A stretch of DNA of 64,000 nt from assembly GCA_964252035.1 (NCBI GenBank), contig OZ176200.1; one strand, given 5' to 3'. Source of the DNA: Podarcis erhardii (Eukaryota). The position numbers and the translations under genes are program-made. This document shows, piece by piece, positions 47,717-60,621 of this stretch (positions are counted from its first letter, which is position 1; every line of letters begins with the position of its first letter). Below the pieces are notes generated by a model, which was given only the letters and a program-made list of their open reading frames with translations, made no database searches and was not told the origin of the DNA.

Positions 47717-49819
47717 TACTTCCCATGTAAGGGGGGATTCCTACCCAATCAGGGTCCCCTCTCGCATGGAGGGATCTTTACTTACATCCCGATGTATGTG
47801 CTTATCGTCCCTTATCAATCCTGTGGTTGACAGAAGGCACAGCTAGTTCCCATATCTCTGTGATGGCCCTCACATATTCTTGGAACATGTGAAGAAGGGG
47901 ATGCAAACCTGATTCTGCCTTACCTTAGCAAGAAATGTGTTGAAAGTTCCATGCCCTTATTTAGAGTGAATAAAGCCAAGTGTCCATTTGTATCATAGTG
48001 ATCACTTATAAATTTTACTTATTCTCTGTGAAAAAGAAATGGAAGGAAGGAAGGAAGATTGTAAATATGTTGGCTCCACAGTCAATGTATTTGTAGCAAA
48101 CTAAAAAATGCCAATGAACGTCACCCATGTGGACAGTTTTATTTTCCTTACATGGAGATTTGGCATAGGGAGAAAATGCCACGTGTTAAGTGGGTGACTT
48201 TTAGAAACCTTAAACTAGGGAGCTCTGAAAGGTAAGACAAAACAATCAAATGTGTTGTGTGCACTGCTAGTCTGCAAAATTCCTTGGTCACCAGTGTTCT
48301 GACAGAAATTTAAATTTCTGCCCACTGTTTAGCTCAAGGGTATCTTTCTATAGATGTCAGGGAATGGTTTGCTGATACAGTGATCATAAAAAAGGGGGCG
48401 GGAGGAGAATGTGCTTGAGTTTTCTTTCTTTACCTTGCCTGGTGGGGGGAATTCAGCTTCTACCACCAGAAGGTTCAGAACAATATATTGCTGCATTTCC
48501 CATTAGATTGATGTAGTGACTTATACCTAAAGCATCCACTAAGGGGAGTGTGATGCTGGATCAGCCTTTCTGGTTTCTATGACAACAGAAGGGAGTAGAG
48601 TCTTCCAAGCTGAGAGCGCTCACTGAAGCAGGTGCTGGGTTACATAGCTGTTCCAAATCTGCTGGATTCTATGGAGCAGCAAGCCAGGCTGTTTCCTATT
48701 TTGCAACACCTTGATTCCCTGAAGCTCAGTAAACGGCAACAGCCAAGCTCCCATATATGAAGATGGTTCACCACTCGGGTTCTATACAGTCCTTTAAGCA
48801 GCAGAAAGGTAGGTGTCTTTTGTCTCTTGAACGACGAGTGTTAAATCATTCGGTCTGCATGCCCTTGCAGTATTCTCAAGCTTCAGCACAGTGGCTGCTG
48901 AAAGCATCCAAAGCCCTGTGCAATGCAGGCACCTTTTAAACTCTTGCATCAACTCAAAAGGTTCTTTTACTTTCAACAATGGAATAGTTCTCTAGGTAAA
49001 AAAAAGAATCCCTCTTTGCTTTATTAAATACTTTGTTTTCCTTGAGCGGCTCAAGAGGATCTGAGTTATATACCAAAAATCATTCAGAGATCTCTTTGTC
49101 ACAGGAAATTCATTCTTTATACAGTTGCAAAGCTCATCGTCGTGGGCACACACACAAGAGACCAACACTGCAGTCATTCAGCATTGAAGAATTTTGCTAT
49201 CACTGTATTTATGTCATGGAATGTTTGGCTTTGTAGACTTGAAGATGGCAAGTAGACTGTTTTCCTGCCTTGCAAGCATGCTGGTACAGTTTCTGTGTTT
49301 GGCTGTAGAAACATTTTCAGTAGCTGATCAACCCAACTTTATTCAAGATTTTACCCCTCTTCTGCTGATTGAACTGTATTCCTGCTACCTCCTTTTGGAA
49401 AGATGTGGTCTAGCTTGTGGTGCAGAGGGGAAGAATGCTGTGTGGATGAGCATACTGGGGGTGATCTGAATGATCTCGTGGTTCCATTTCATCTCTTATG
49501 GTTCTATTAACCCTTGTATTTCCAGCAGGGTCTTGAAAGGAAATTGAGTTGTACTTTCATGGGAAGTGCATTGCTGCTGGACATTTGTATGGGGTTAATT
49601 TCTCCAGCACGTTCCAGCGTGCTGAATGTGCTCCAAATCCTATTGTCTTCATCTTCATAACAACTAATCCATTTTTTGCCGATGGGGAACTGAGGTTGCA
49701 AGATACAGACTTAGGACATCCAATGATAGAGAAGAGAAAGTCAAAAATCTTCAAAGCCTACTCTGTTTGCTAAGTCAGACTAGCTCTCAGGGTCCCCCCC
49801 CCCCCACAGCTGTTTAGAG

Positions 49820-49820
49820 T

Positions 49821-49864
<44 letters not shown>
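49820..49864. repeat. (TTTC)n microsatellite
   Basis: Directly visible. Confidence 0.97.
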
Positions 49865-50332
49865 ATATGCTGTATTGGTTTTTAAAAGTGTGTAACATAA
49901 GTAATCAACAGAACATAAAAACAAAAACAAAAATAAAAATAAACAAACATTCATTCCATGTTTGGAGTACTTTAATTTTAATTTTAATTTTTAAAAAGGG
50001 GACAGTCTAGGAAGTTGTGTCCCCCAGTACCACCACAATGTTCTTGAGGGATCTTTTAGAGCAATATGTGAAGTGTCTCGGGCTACAGGAGAATAAATGA
50101 ATCAAAAGTCACCATATTTTCCCTTTGCCAGAAGGATCAAAAGCTTCTTGTGGATGGAGAAGACATTCTATTTGTGGAAGGTGAAGTCTTCAGTGCCAAG
50201 CCAAATATTATTTTTCTACATAAAAAACTTTGTTTTCTTTCTGTTCTTTCCTCATTACATTCTTGCAACCATAGGCCAGAAAAAATACGTGGAAGGAAAT
50301 GGTCTGCTTACACAAAAATCATGGTCCTACAG

Positions 50333-50471
50333 CAAGGTTGGGGAGCTTGTGACCCTCCAGATATTGTTAGACTCCAGCTTCTGTCAGGCCTGACCATGGA
50401 CAGTGCTGGCTGGATCCTGATGTAGGTTGGAGTCCAGAAGCATCTGCAGAGCCACTGGTTCCCCATCCCTG
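50333..50471. mobile_element. Short palindromic hAT-like MITE
   Basis: CAAGGTTGGGGA...TTCCCCATCCCTG; internal near-palindrome CCCTCCAGATATTGTTAGACTCCAGC / GGTTGGAGTCCAGAAGCATCTG; flanks TCCTACAG/CTCTACAA. Confidence 0.55.
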
Positions 50472-50612
50472 CTCTACAACAATGAAGAGCACTCCTGGGA
50501 ATGTAGCCACAGTGCTGCCATCAGAGTTCTGCTGGTGTAGTGGCACTTCCATTTACTCACCATCACCACTACCACCACCTTCTTGCCAAATGTTTTCTGA
50601 AGGGTCCTCTGA

Positions 50613-51190
50613 TGTCAGGGACTGGTTGGCTATAAATGAATGATGTGGGGGGGCAGCTGGGGAACCCCCAAGGGAAGAAGGCTCAGAGCCCAGGGAGTGT
50701 TGGTGGGATGATAATGAGTGGTCAGAGGGAGAAGACTGGGAGGAGGTAGCGTCAGAAGCTGAAGAGGTAACAGGGATTATTGAGCCAGGAGAGTCTGTGG
50801 CAGAAAGAAGTCCAGAATTAGAGGCAGAAGCTGAAGCAGGGGAGGAGGGAAGCCAAGAAGCAGGGATGGTCAGGTTTGTGAAAAGGCACAGGTTGGAGTG
50901 GGAGGGGGCAACACAAGTTCCCCTCCCCCTGATCGCCCACAACCAGGAAAGGCATGAAGCAGGAGGAGAGACAGGTACACATGCAGAGGCGCCAATTGCT
51001 TGGAAAGCAACTTAGAGAGGAGGAGACATAGCCGGCTGTGGGGAAGCAGGACCTTTAGTCTTAGCAACTGCTTCATGAGGGCAAGACCTGAGTTGATGTG
51101 CTCGTGACTCCTGTGCAGGTCCTGTTTTGCTAATAGAGTTAACTCCAGCTTGTTTGGTGTGATTTACTGCTGGCTTGTTCCTGTCACCCA
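50613..51190 (+). mobile_element. Probable LTR-like repeat (TGTCAGGGA-type start)
   Basis: Starts TGTCAGGGACTGG, purine-rich body, AATAGAG at ~51132. The start resembles the element at 54621. The right boundary and TSD are unresolved. Confidence 0.45.
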
Positions 51191-51220
51191 ACGTGTTAGA
51201 GCTGCTTTTGAGAATGTGAG

Positions 51221-51305
51221 ACAGTGGAAGACTGGAGTGCCTGGCGTGCTCTGGTCCATGGGGTGACAAAGAGTCGGGCACAACTAAACGACTAAACAAC
51301 AACAA
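51221..51305 (+). mobile_element. Very short BovB 3' end
   Basis: CAGTGGAAGAC...GCCTGGCGTGCTCTGGTCCATGGGG...CTAAACGACTAAACAACAACAA matches the last ~85 bp of the 22815 copy. Confidence 0.85.
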
Positions 51306-52033
51306 AGGGGGCTGCAAGGGAGAGGAGGAGAAGGTTCCATTTTGCTGGTGAAAGTCAAGTGAAATTCACAAGTGAATTTTAACCTGCCATCCCATCTTAC
51401 GGCATATGATAATGGGCTCTTATACCAATAGTTGCGTGTGCGAAAGAATGCATATGGCAGACACTGATTGCCTCATAGCAAAGTCCATAGAAGCAACCAT
51501 TATCGTTGAGATGGAAAATCTGTAAGGTATCTATAGTACCAAGTCTGTGAGGTATATATATAGTATTAAGATCTCCTCATTGTTAGAGCAGTACAACGTG
51601 GATTCAGTGGGTACGTTTCCTGTTTTGCCAAAGAATAATATAGACCCATGGAGAAGGATATTCTGTGCAAGAGAAGTCCAGAGCAAACCCTTCTCCACAG
51701 TACAAACCCCCTTCTTTCATATGGATGGTGAGTGGCTCCTCTGGCTGGGATGGAGAACTCTGGTGCACTTGCATGCTTCTCCTTTCTGTGGAGATTTCCT
51801 TGCTACCATCTGTCTAACTTAAGAACCTTTTCCCTCAGTTAACCAATTAAACGAAAGATCCACCAGAATATATCAGTGCCGTAAATAAACGTTAAATGTA
51901 GGCTGAAAGGCCTCAACTCAGTGATCCATTGCATCTTTTGTGACAACCCCCTTTTTTTCTTCAGTATAATCAAGAACAGGTCTTGTCAGGGTGATCCTAT
52001 ATACTTCCTTTGGGGTGGGGAGGACAGTCAATA

Positions 52034-52259
52034 CAGTGGTACCTTGGGTTAAGTACTGAATTCTTTCCGGAGGTCTGTTCTTAACCCAAAACTGTTCTTA
52101 ATCTGAAGCACCACTTTAGCTAATGGGGCCTCCTGCTGCCACTGCGCTGCCGGAGCACAATTTCTGTGCTCATCCTGAAGCAAAGTACTTAACCCAAGGT
52201 ACTATTTCTGGGTTAGTGGAGTCTGTAACCTGAAGCGTATGTAACCTGAGGTACCACTG
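52034..52259. mobile_element. Tigger/pogo-like MITE, family A
   Basis: TA-CAGTGGTACCT ... AGGTACCACTG-TA, 226 bp, the same length as the rejoined L1-split copy. Confidence 0.92.
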
Positions 52260-54161
52260 TAATCTGCAGGCCATCAGCATTTGCTTTCTGTGGAGCTGTT
52301 GTTGTTTGGTGGGCTGGCTGAGGTATTTGTCTCCTGCAGGTGATGCTATGAAAGTGCCTTCGGCACTGTGGATGCTCTTTGGCCTGCGTATTCCTAGGGT
52401 CTGTCTAACAAGAGCTATCCCTCTCAACATTGTTTCCCCACCCAACAAGTGAAGTATCCAAGACATCTTGAAGGGTTACGCAAGGGGTGGAGAACTGGTT
52501 TTAACTGGCAGGCCAGATCCAGTTGTGGCCAAGCCTCTGCAGGCTGCACTTACCAGGTGGCAGAGCTTCCAACCTATCCATCACCTAGTGTATGATGTCA
52601 GGGGGATCTGACCCTGGCTGAAGGTATACCACATTTGCAAAGTAACAGTTTGGAGCTTTCAGTCCATACTTGGCAATGAAAGACACAGTACCACATTCGA
52701 TCCACTCAGGAGCTTAGGAGTGCATCTGACCCGGACCTACAGCTATGTGGCTTCTGTTTGGCACGGTACGCAAGTTTTGCAGTTTTTGGCAGACATCACA
52801 TCCGCTTGGGAGCTCTGATTATTTGCTCTCAAGTGGCTTCAACCCTGGCAGCAAGGTTTACTTTATATGAATTGTGTAATCTTAGATCAACACATTAAAC
52901 ACTGAGGATCATACTTTGATTTTTGGATATTTTCTATATGGCATGCTGTGTTAGAATATGGCATTCTTTCAAATCACATAATTCCAAAGAATCCTACCAA
53001 AGTGTGACCAAAGAAAATAGGTTATCAGACACTTTTCTGAGGTAATCTTCACTGGTATTTAGTTGCCCAAATATTTTATTATGAATTATCAGACATGAAC
53101 ACTGAAGGGTTTAATTAACAAGGAAGAAAATTAAAGCAAGCATCCACAGCTTTAATTACAAAAATCATTCACTTTAGTTTTCTGTGTATTTCTGAGAAAT
53201 TCATGCCATAATCTCACACTTATGAATCCAAGCTGCATGAAAAATGAAGAGAGAGAAAAGTGTCCTAAATTCTATTTATACAAAAGCTGTGATAATCTCT
53301 CTGGATTGGCCAACTGCCCCTCACAGATGTTTTCTCCATGCTTCAGAAACATTTAAACCTTGTGGCTGGCATGGGGGGTAGGAAGCAAATTTTATTTACT
53401 GGCATTGTTTAATAGGGATTTATTTGTTCATGGAAATGTTAATATTTTAGCACAGAGTCCACCCAGTTCTGCATATTTGCATGTCTTAGATGCAAATATA
53501 TTAAAAGGAAGCCATTCCTTTTTTCATCAGTAAAATATTTTGTACTAAGAATGGTTAACTTTTACCATATTTTTTTCCAGAAAATCTTCAACTGACGCAT
53601 GGGAAATGTATTTTTACCGCTTGAGAGGATGATGAAATGGGTGGTTAAAAAACAAGTATTTGGCCACACCTGATATGTGGCAAATTTTCATCTGATTATG
53701 TAGTAAATTATGTTTACTACTTAGCTCCATTGTTTGTATCCTGCTGTAAGGGTGAGAAATCTAATGCGGACAACTGGGTTACCAAATAGTTACATGCACA
53801 TTGCAGTAAGTTACTGCCCAGTAAATTCTGTATTCATGCTCAGTCTTGTCCATTTCACAAGGCAAATCTATCTTCATTGATAGCCCACCGCTATTTTCAG
53901 AGTCCATAGGCATCCATAAATTGGGTATGATAATAGCAAGAGCCCATTAAGATCCATCTGTTTAATGACGCCATGCTGTACACACTCTAAGTGCACTTTC
54001 TTAATAGAGCAACCTTTAAATGTTAAAAATTAAAATTATATGAAGCAAAAGAAGCGAGGCTTATTTAAACACACAAACACACTGGCTATTCATAGCAAGA
54101 TTCCACAGTGAAGTGGACCCATTTAGTCCAACTGAGCTCAGTAGAACTAGAGCGGCTTAAA

Positions 54162-54621
54162 TGTAATGCTTGCAGCATAATATAATTGAAAGACAGTTGA
54201 TATTGAGGGTGGGTGTGATGGGATAATGAGCTGCTTGTGCGTAAAAGCTGAATCCCTCAGAGCTTGGCATAGGTCTCAAAGCTCTGCCTTTACGGGAGCC
54301 CTCAAAGCATGACTCCCTCAATCGCTGGCAGAATCTGTCAGTGGGCGTTTCCGGAATTTGCGCCAACATAAGAGTTCCTTAACGGAAACTCTCCTTCGTG
54401 ATTCTCAGCGTGACAGTTTCCTGCGAGGAGTAGGTGTACCCAGAGGAGGTCCTGAGACCTCCCCGCTGTTTTCACTGGAAGTCTCTTGGAGCCATCCCTC
54501 CGACTGAGTTTCTGCAGGAACTCTCTCTCTCCCCCTGCTGGTTCCTTCCTCCGCATCCGAGGGTCTCCTAGCCTCCTTGAGCCCTTCCACCATCTGCCTC
54601 TCCGATGGCAGTTCCCTGACA
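54162..54621 (-). mobile_element. Probable solo LTR (TGTCAGGGA...TTACA)
   Basis: Minus strand begins TGTCAGGGAACTGCC and ends GCATTACA; CpG-enriched relative to the flanks; no TSD found. Confidence 0.5.
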
Positions 54622-55202
54622 GTGGGATTCAACTAAGGTTTACTCACAACATTTACCCATGTTGGTACATTAATTTCAGAAGGTCTACTCTGAGTAAATC
54701 ATAGTTGCATACCACCCTGAGTATTTTATTGATACCTTCTGGGCAGGTCACCAAATTGCTCGGTTAAGGGCAAAGAGTGATGTTGAGTGATGCTATTGCA
54801 CTTGCACAGTGGACCTTCACTTGTGCAAATGGGACCTTCAGTTCTTCTTCCTCTTACAGCCCCCCCCCCATCTGTGCTAAAAGAGGGAAGAGGAAAAGTG
54901 AAAGTCCTGTCACATCTGCTGGATCTTACCTAATGCCTAGCAGGCCAAGGATATATTGCAAGCCAGTGATGTCAGACTCAATAGATATACCACAAAACTA
55001 AAGATGTGATCCCATCACAAAAACATTCTAAGACTATCCAGAAAAATGTACATGTTTGTGTACCTTGTAATCAAAACCTACATAGACATAAATGCATTTG
55101 TCTCTTATCTATGATCTTTCAAGGAGGTTAGGTATACACACCCAGACACACGCACACACACACACACACAAATGTCTAACGAAACAGATATTAAAGTTTT
55201 TA

Positions 55203-55542
55203 GGGATGCGGGTGGCACTGTGGTCTAAACCACTGAGTCTCTCAGGCTTGCCGATTGGAAGGTCAGAGGTTTGAATCCATGTGACGGGGTGAGCTAACAG
55301 TTCAAAAGCATACCAGTGCAAGTAGATAAATAGGTACTGCTGCAGCGGGAAGATAAACAGCATTTCCGTGCGCTCTGGCTTCTGTCCTGTTGTGCCAGAA
55401 GTGGTTTAGTCATGCTGGCCACATGACCCAGAAAGCTGTCTGTGGACAAACGCAAATTCACTTAGCCTGAAGCAAGATGAATGCCACACCCCATAGTCAC
55501 CTTTGACTGGACTTAACTGTCCAGGGGTCCTTTAGCTTTACC
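55203..55542 (+). mobile_element. Sauria SINE
   Basis: Same head, body and tail as the other copies; 14-bp TSD TATTAAAGTTTTTA (55189-55202, 55543-55556). Confidence 0.92.
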
Positions 55543-56679
55543 TATTAAAGTTTTTAAGCAAAAACAATTCAGCTTCCACCGTCTTCAGCTTCCCTTACAT
55601 GAATCAAATTGTGTTGTAGCAGGCATCACCTTGCTTTAAAACTTAAATGTTTATGCCACTGTAATAAATATATGGTTTTTAGTGATTAACCACATCCTTC
55701 CACCATCCAAAGCAAACTTTTCTGAATTCTGTTTGAAGCTTTAAAATTGTGTGTGTGTATTCTGAACTGTCACTTATTTGTTGTAGTGGAATGTTTTCTT
55801 CTAGAAACATAGCTGAATGTGATTTCCAGTCTGCTGAAGGTCAATGGCTTTGAATTTGCTTACTTTAGAGACCGCTTCCTTTCTTATGTTCTCTTAGATC
55901 TTTTGGATGTGGGGAGAGAGGCATTCTGGGAGGTTGCCTTCACAACTGTGATGTTCTGCCTTTGAAAGGTGTGTGCCTAAAGTCTGGCCTGAATATTCTC
56001 CCAAGTCATTCCTGGTAATTTGGGCTTGGACTTTAAGGGCTGTTTTGAGGTCACTGTAACTGGAGATAATTGTAGCTGACACCAAGCCCCAATTTATGAT
56101 TCAGCCATTTCTGGAACTCAGGATCTCTACTTCTTTTTATATCCAGTGGTTGATTTCTATTGATGGCATTAAATGGTTCAAACCTGGTGCATTAATATGA
56201 ACACATTTGCTGCAGGTATAGGCTATATGGTACTGTTTTACTTATCCTTTTGTTTTACTTGAAATTTTAAATGAATGCAAAATAACTTGCTGTATTCTAA
56301 AGCAACAACTCTATGAAGCAGCTGAGGCTGCAATCCAAATTCACCTTGTACCAGGCTGGGGAATGGGTGGGTAGAATTGGCTGGTGGTGTCCCTCTGCCC
56401 AGCCCAGCCTCTGCTAGAGCAATGCAAGCATCCCTGTTCTGCTCATCCTAAATTTGCCATTCCAGGTGGGTGTGGCTGAGGCAGCCCCACTGTCATCTCT
56501 TGACAGAATCAAGCTGAATGTGGGCCTGATCACTGTGCCACCTGCAGGCTGCCACAGCAGTTGACCTGCCTCTGTCCTTCCCATAGCAGCTTGCATGAGT
56601 GACAGGGCTTCAGATGCAGGGCTGATTCTGCTGTTGGGTTATGCTCTTCCTCTGCCTAGCCAGGGCTTGGTCTGCAGAG

Positions 56680-56797
56680 TCAGAGAAAGTGAGGGACTGG
56701 CCCAAAGTCACTAAATGAACATTATGTCTGAAAAGGGATTCAAACACTGGCTTTCCTTATTCTTTCCCAACACTCTACTTGTCATCCTACACTGGCT
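56680..56797 (-). mobile_element. Old MIR-like SINE remnant
   Basis: GACTGGCCCAAAGTCAC...GGATTCAAACACTGG...CTACACTGGC (reverse-strand tRNA head). Confidence 0.4.
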
Positions 56798-57213
56798 CTC
56801 TTTCATTCACAACTTAGATCATAATAGAGAAATGCTGATGAGATCTATAAAACTTCCAAATCATAGTCAAGCCAATTCTCTGGCAATTTGCTTTCTGAAC
56901 AAACCTAATGATTTATCTCGTGATCGACCTCAAGGCAATTTTATCTGGACAATATTTTCATCATAGTCCATTTGATCTGAAGTTTTGGGTGCTGTTGCTG
57001 CTGACATTTGTAGCAGGTGTTGAAGCTTTGAAAAATTGTTTGAGAAAACATTAATGCCTGCATTACATTCAGGAGGTTTTTGTTTTGTTCTTTAGCTCTG
57101 CACTTTAGGACAGATTATTAGTCTATGCTTGTTGGCCATCAGTAGCAGTGACAAGTTCATGCTTTGCATCCAAGTAGATGCTTTTCTTCGTTCTATGAAT
57201 TCTCAGTGTGCTT

Positions 57214-57363
57214 GTATGAGTGTTAAGATTGTCAGACTAGGTCCCGGGAGACCAAGGGAGCGAATCCGTATTCAGCCATTAAACTCACAGGATGACCTCT
57301 GACCAGTCACTGCCTCTCAGCCTAACCTGCCTCATAGGATGGTTGTGGGGGTTAAATGAGGGG
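57214..57363 (+). mobile_element. tRNA-derived SINE, 3'-truncated
   Basis: GTCAGACTAG...GAATCC head, then CTCTCAGCCTAACCTGCCTCATAGGATGGTTGTG core; it ends abruptly at the L2 fragment. Confidence 0.65.
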
Positions 57364-57573
57364 GCTGCTGACAGGTCTAGAAGAATCAGCAGCCCCGACC
57401 CGCCTCGATCCAGCTGCCTGCGGAGATCATCTGTTAGGGTGACCAGAGCCGTCTCAGTCCCATGACCAGCACGGAAGCCAGACTGGAATGGATCCAGAGC
57501 CGATGTTTCATCCAGAAACCTACCAAGCTGTTCAGCAACCGCTCTCTCAATCACCTTACCCAGGAATGGAAGA
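57364..57573 (-). mobile_element. L2 LINE reverse-transcriptase fragment
   Basis: Minus translation LPFLGKVIERAVAEQL...LDPFQSGFRAGHGTETAL...DDL...LLILLDLSAA shows typical L2-clade RT motifs. Confidence 0.88.
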
Positions 57574-58209
57574 TAGCCCTGCTCTACCCTGTCAGTGACT
57601 GAGTGGTGCTGCTGTCAGTTGAGAATCTGAATCTCCTTCTCCCACATAGTTGAAGTGCCCTAGTGATGCCACTTGGCAGCCTTTAGTAGGAAACTTTACT
57701 TCTGTAAAGGCTTGAAGAAATTGATTGCGGTTTCCATGTGTTGTGCCAGGAATGGCATTTTTAAAAGAAAACGCCTCTCTAACTTTTTATTGGATTCATT
57801 AAGGAATTCTATACGTACATTTCCCAATTTATGACACAATCCATTCTCTTCGTTGCCCATAAACATAGCTGCACATATAGCAGGCAACTCATAAAAGGGC
57901 ATGTTGATCCATTTCCTCCTTCCTGATTTTGCTGGCTATTTCTTTCTTCACTTGCAAGCAAATCACTTGTTACATGTGGAACTATAGCCTGATTGCTCTG
58001 TTTAGCTTCATGTTGCTTTGGATGGGTGCAGCTGAGAACAGAGAAGCAGAATGAAAGGTGGGTGGGTTGTATCTGTTTCCTTGGCCATCATTTTCCTACT
58101 CCAAATCAGCCCCTAACTTCATGGCTTTTCCTTCCACTGAGGTTTACATTGGATGTTAACAGATTTGGAAGTACTGTATACCACAGGGCAAAATATACCA
58201 AGGAGGTAG

Positions 58210-58468
58210 TGTTATGTACTGAAGTTCTCACCCTGGGCCAGCAGAGGGATACTGTGGATAGTTTTCACTCAGGTCCACATATGCAAATAAGGGATTGAAA
58301 ATGACGTTCAGTGATTGGATAGTTACAGAAAATGGTTACTGTTGTTTTCTAGTGGAGCTCTATATAAGCAGGCTGGCTGAACCCTTCAGTTCTGTTCTGG
58401 CCTGTGAATAAACAAGAGCTCTTTGAAGAATCGCTGTGTCGTCTGATATGTTCACCCACAACTTAACA
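58210..58468 (+). mobile_element. Solo LTR (Copia/Gypsy-type), 259 bp
   Basis: TGTTA...TAACA inverted termini; perfect 5-bp TSD GGTAG (58205-09, 58469-73); TATATAA at 58361; AATAAA at 58407-12. Confidence 0.88.
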
Positions 58469-58963
58469 GGTAGCATTTAGAGTAGGGAAATACACAGGGA
58501 ACAAGATGAGTTACCCCTTGCTCCTGCTGCTGCTTTGGAATGACACAATTGTTGGGGAGGGCATTTAGAGAAGGGAAGTGGGCTTATTAGGCAGAATCTT
58601 CTTCATTCTCAACCACCCTTTTGGATTTATTTATTTTTAAATGCCTCCAAGCTATAGTTACACACCTTTGCACTTGTTATGCAATCTGGCTTATAGAGAG
58701 AGAAGACTCATTCATACTACTGGTGCTCTGGGCAACTGGATTTCTCTATTGGAGGCATGGATAAGTTTCCCACTGGAGGTAATGACCAGTTGTGTTGTCA
58801 TGCATCTAGCCAAGGGCCATGGTTTTTTAAGTAAAAAAAACGGGGAGAGATAAGGAGCTCTAATCACCTTCATGTTGAAGATGGGCTAGAAAGAATAAAT
58901 GAAATGGTAAATATAGTGTATAATATTTAACACACCTAGCATAAACTTGTAGTGCAAGTATTA

Positions 58964-59314
58964 AAGGTAAAGGGACCCCTGACCATTAGGTCCAGTCGTG
59001 ACTGACTCTGGGGTTGCGGCGCTCATCTCGCTTTATTGGCCGCGGGAGCAGGCATACAGCTTCTGGGTCATGTGGCCAGCATGACTAAGCCGCTTCTGGC
59101 AAACCAGAGCAGCGCATGGAAACGCCATTTACCTTCCCACTGGTGTGGTACCTATTTATCTACTTGCACTTTGACGTGCTTTTGAACTGCTAGGTTGGCA
59201 GGAGCAGGGACCGAGCAACGGGAGCTCACCCCATCGCGGGCATTCGAACCGCCAACCTTCTGATCGGCAAGTCCTAGGCTCTGTGGTTTAACCCACAGCG
59301 CCACCCGCGTCCCT
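58964..59314 (-). mobile_element. Sauria SINE
   Basis: Minus-strand head GGGACGCGGGTGGCGCTGTGG, B box GGTTCGAATGC, 14-bp TSD TAGTGCAAGTATTA (58950-58963, 59315-59328). Confidence 0.92.
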
Positions 59315-60621
59315 TAGTGCAAGTATTACCATCCTGGCAAATCAAGGTCTCTCAATAACCTTTTACAATTTCTGTGGCATCTTTTTCAGAAGCAGTATTT
59401 TAAGCAGTTATTTTTTGCTGGTGTCTACTTGTCCTGTAAACCGTTTCCCTCTCCTTCCAAGCTATAATTAAAAATATTAATATCTGTTGGCTGGGCAGAA
59501 GGGGTCATGGAATGACACACTAGGGGAGTTCTGGGAAGTATCTGAAAAGCACAACACAACAGCTTTAAAGCTTGAACTTTGAGTGATTTTGTTTTCCAAG
59601 GGCAAGAGCTAAATAATTGCACAGTGCGCTGGCTGTGACTTTTTCATACCGCTCGCAGGATAATTAAATGTATACATAGAACAATGCTCGTTAGAAAGAG
59701 GGTGAATGAAAGTTAACTACACTAATTTAACAAGGCCAAAACCTGATTGCACAAGACTAAAGCAACAGTATATCAATTGGCATAGGTTTTCAGCTTGGTC
59801 CCCAAAGCTCTCGTTTAATACACATTCAGCTAATATTTGAGCATTTGGACACTTGCATGTAAATTGAGTTCATCAGTAAGCTGCAGCTGCTTTCTCAAGC
59901 TGACCTTGTAGGAATGAACGAATGTGTAGGGTCTGCCAGTTCATTATCATAAATAGTATGGCCCAATGTAAAAGGTCTATTGAGGTATGTTTGGTGAGGG
60001 TGGGGTTGTGATTTCAAGATTCTGGGCAGAAGTTTTCAGTGTCCTGTTTTAATGCTTCCAAGAAATGATTTGCATAATGACTGGAGAGGTGGTACCCTTC
60101 ACAGGCACACTCTACTGCCCCATGCCACACATGAAGATGTCCATTCTTCCCAATGTGTCCATGCCTTCTTCTGAACATAATGTGTTTGTTCTTAACACAT
60201 GTGGTTCTGTACATATGACAGAACCAAAGCTCCACTTAGCCTATCATCCTGTCTCTAAGAGAGGCCAACCCAATGCCTGTGGGAGTTGGCATGAAGGAAA
60301 CCTTCATGAAAATGGAGTGTACAATTAGCCAGCAGAGCTAATAACCGCTGATCTTTGAGTTTTGTATAATCCCTCATCAAAGCTATCTGAGCCATTGACC
60401 ACAGATTCTAGAGGTCAATTAATTGGTTTATTAGCACTCATTGGATGCCCCCAAGTTCTGGTATTATCACAGAAGGATATACATTCCCTCTTCTATTTGC
60501 ATTTCCATTACATTTCTCTTTCTAAACTTCTTGGTCTTATTCCACACCACCCAAATTTCATTCATTTATATATCCACACTTTCATTTATTAATTTAAGAA
60601 AACTTATATGCTGTTTGATTA

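Noticed and set aside
50553-50942. 129-aa Ser/Pro-rich ORF
   Set aside because: Antisense reading of a purine-rich LTR-like repeat; low complexity.
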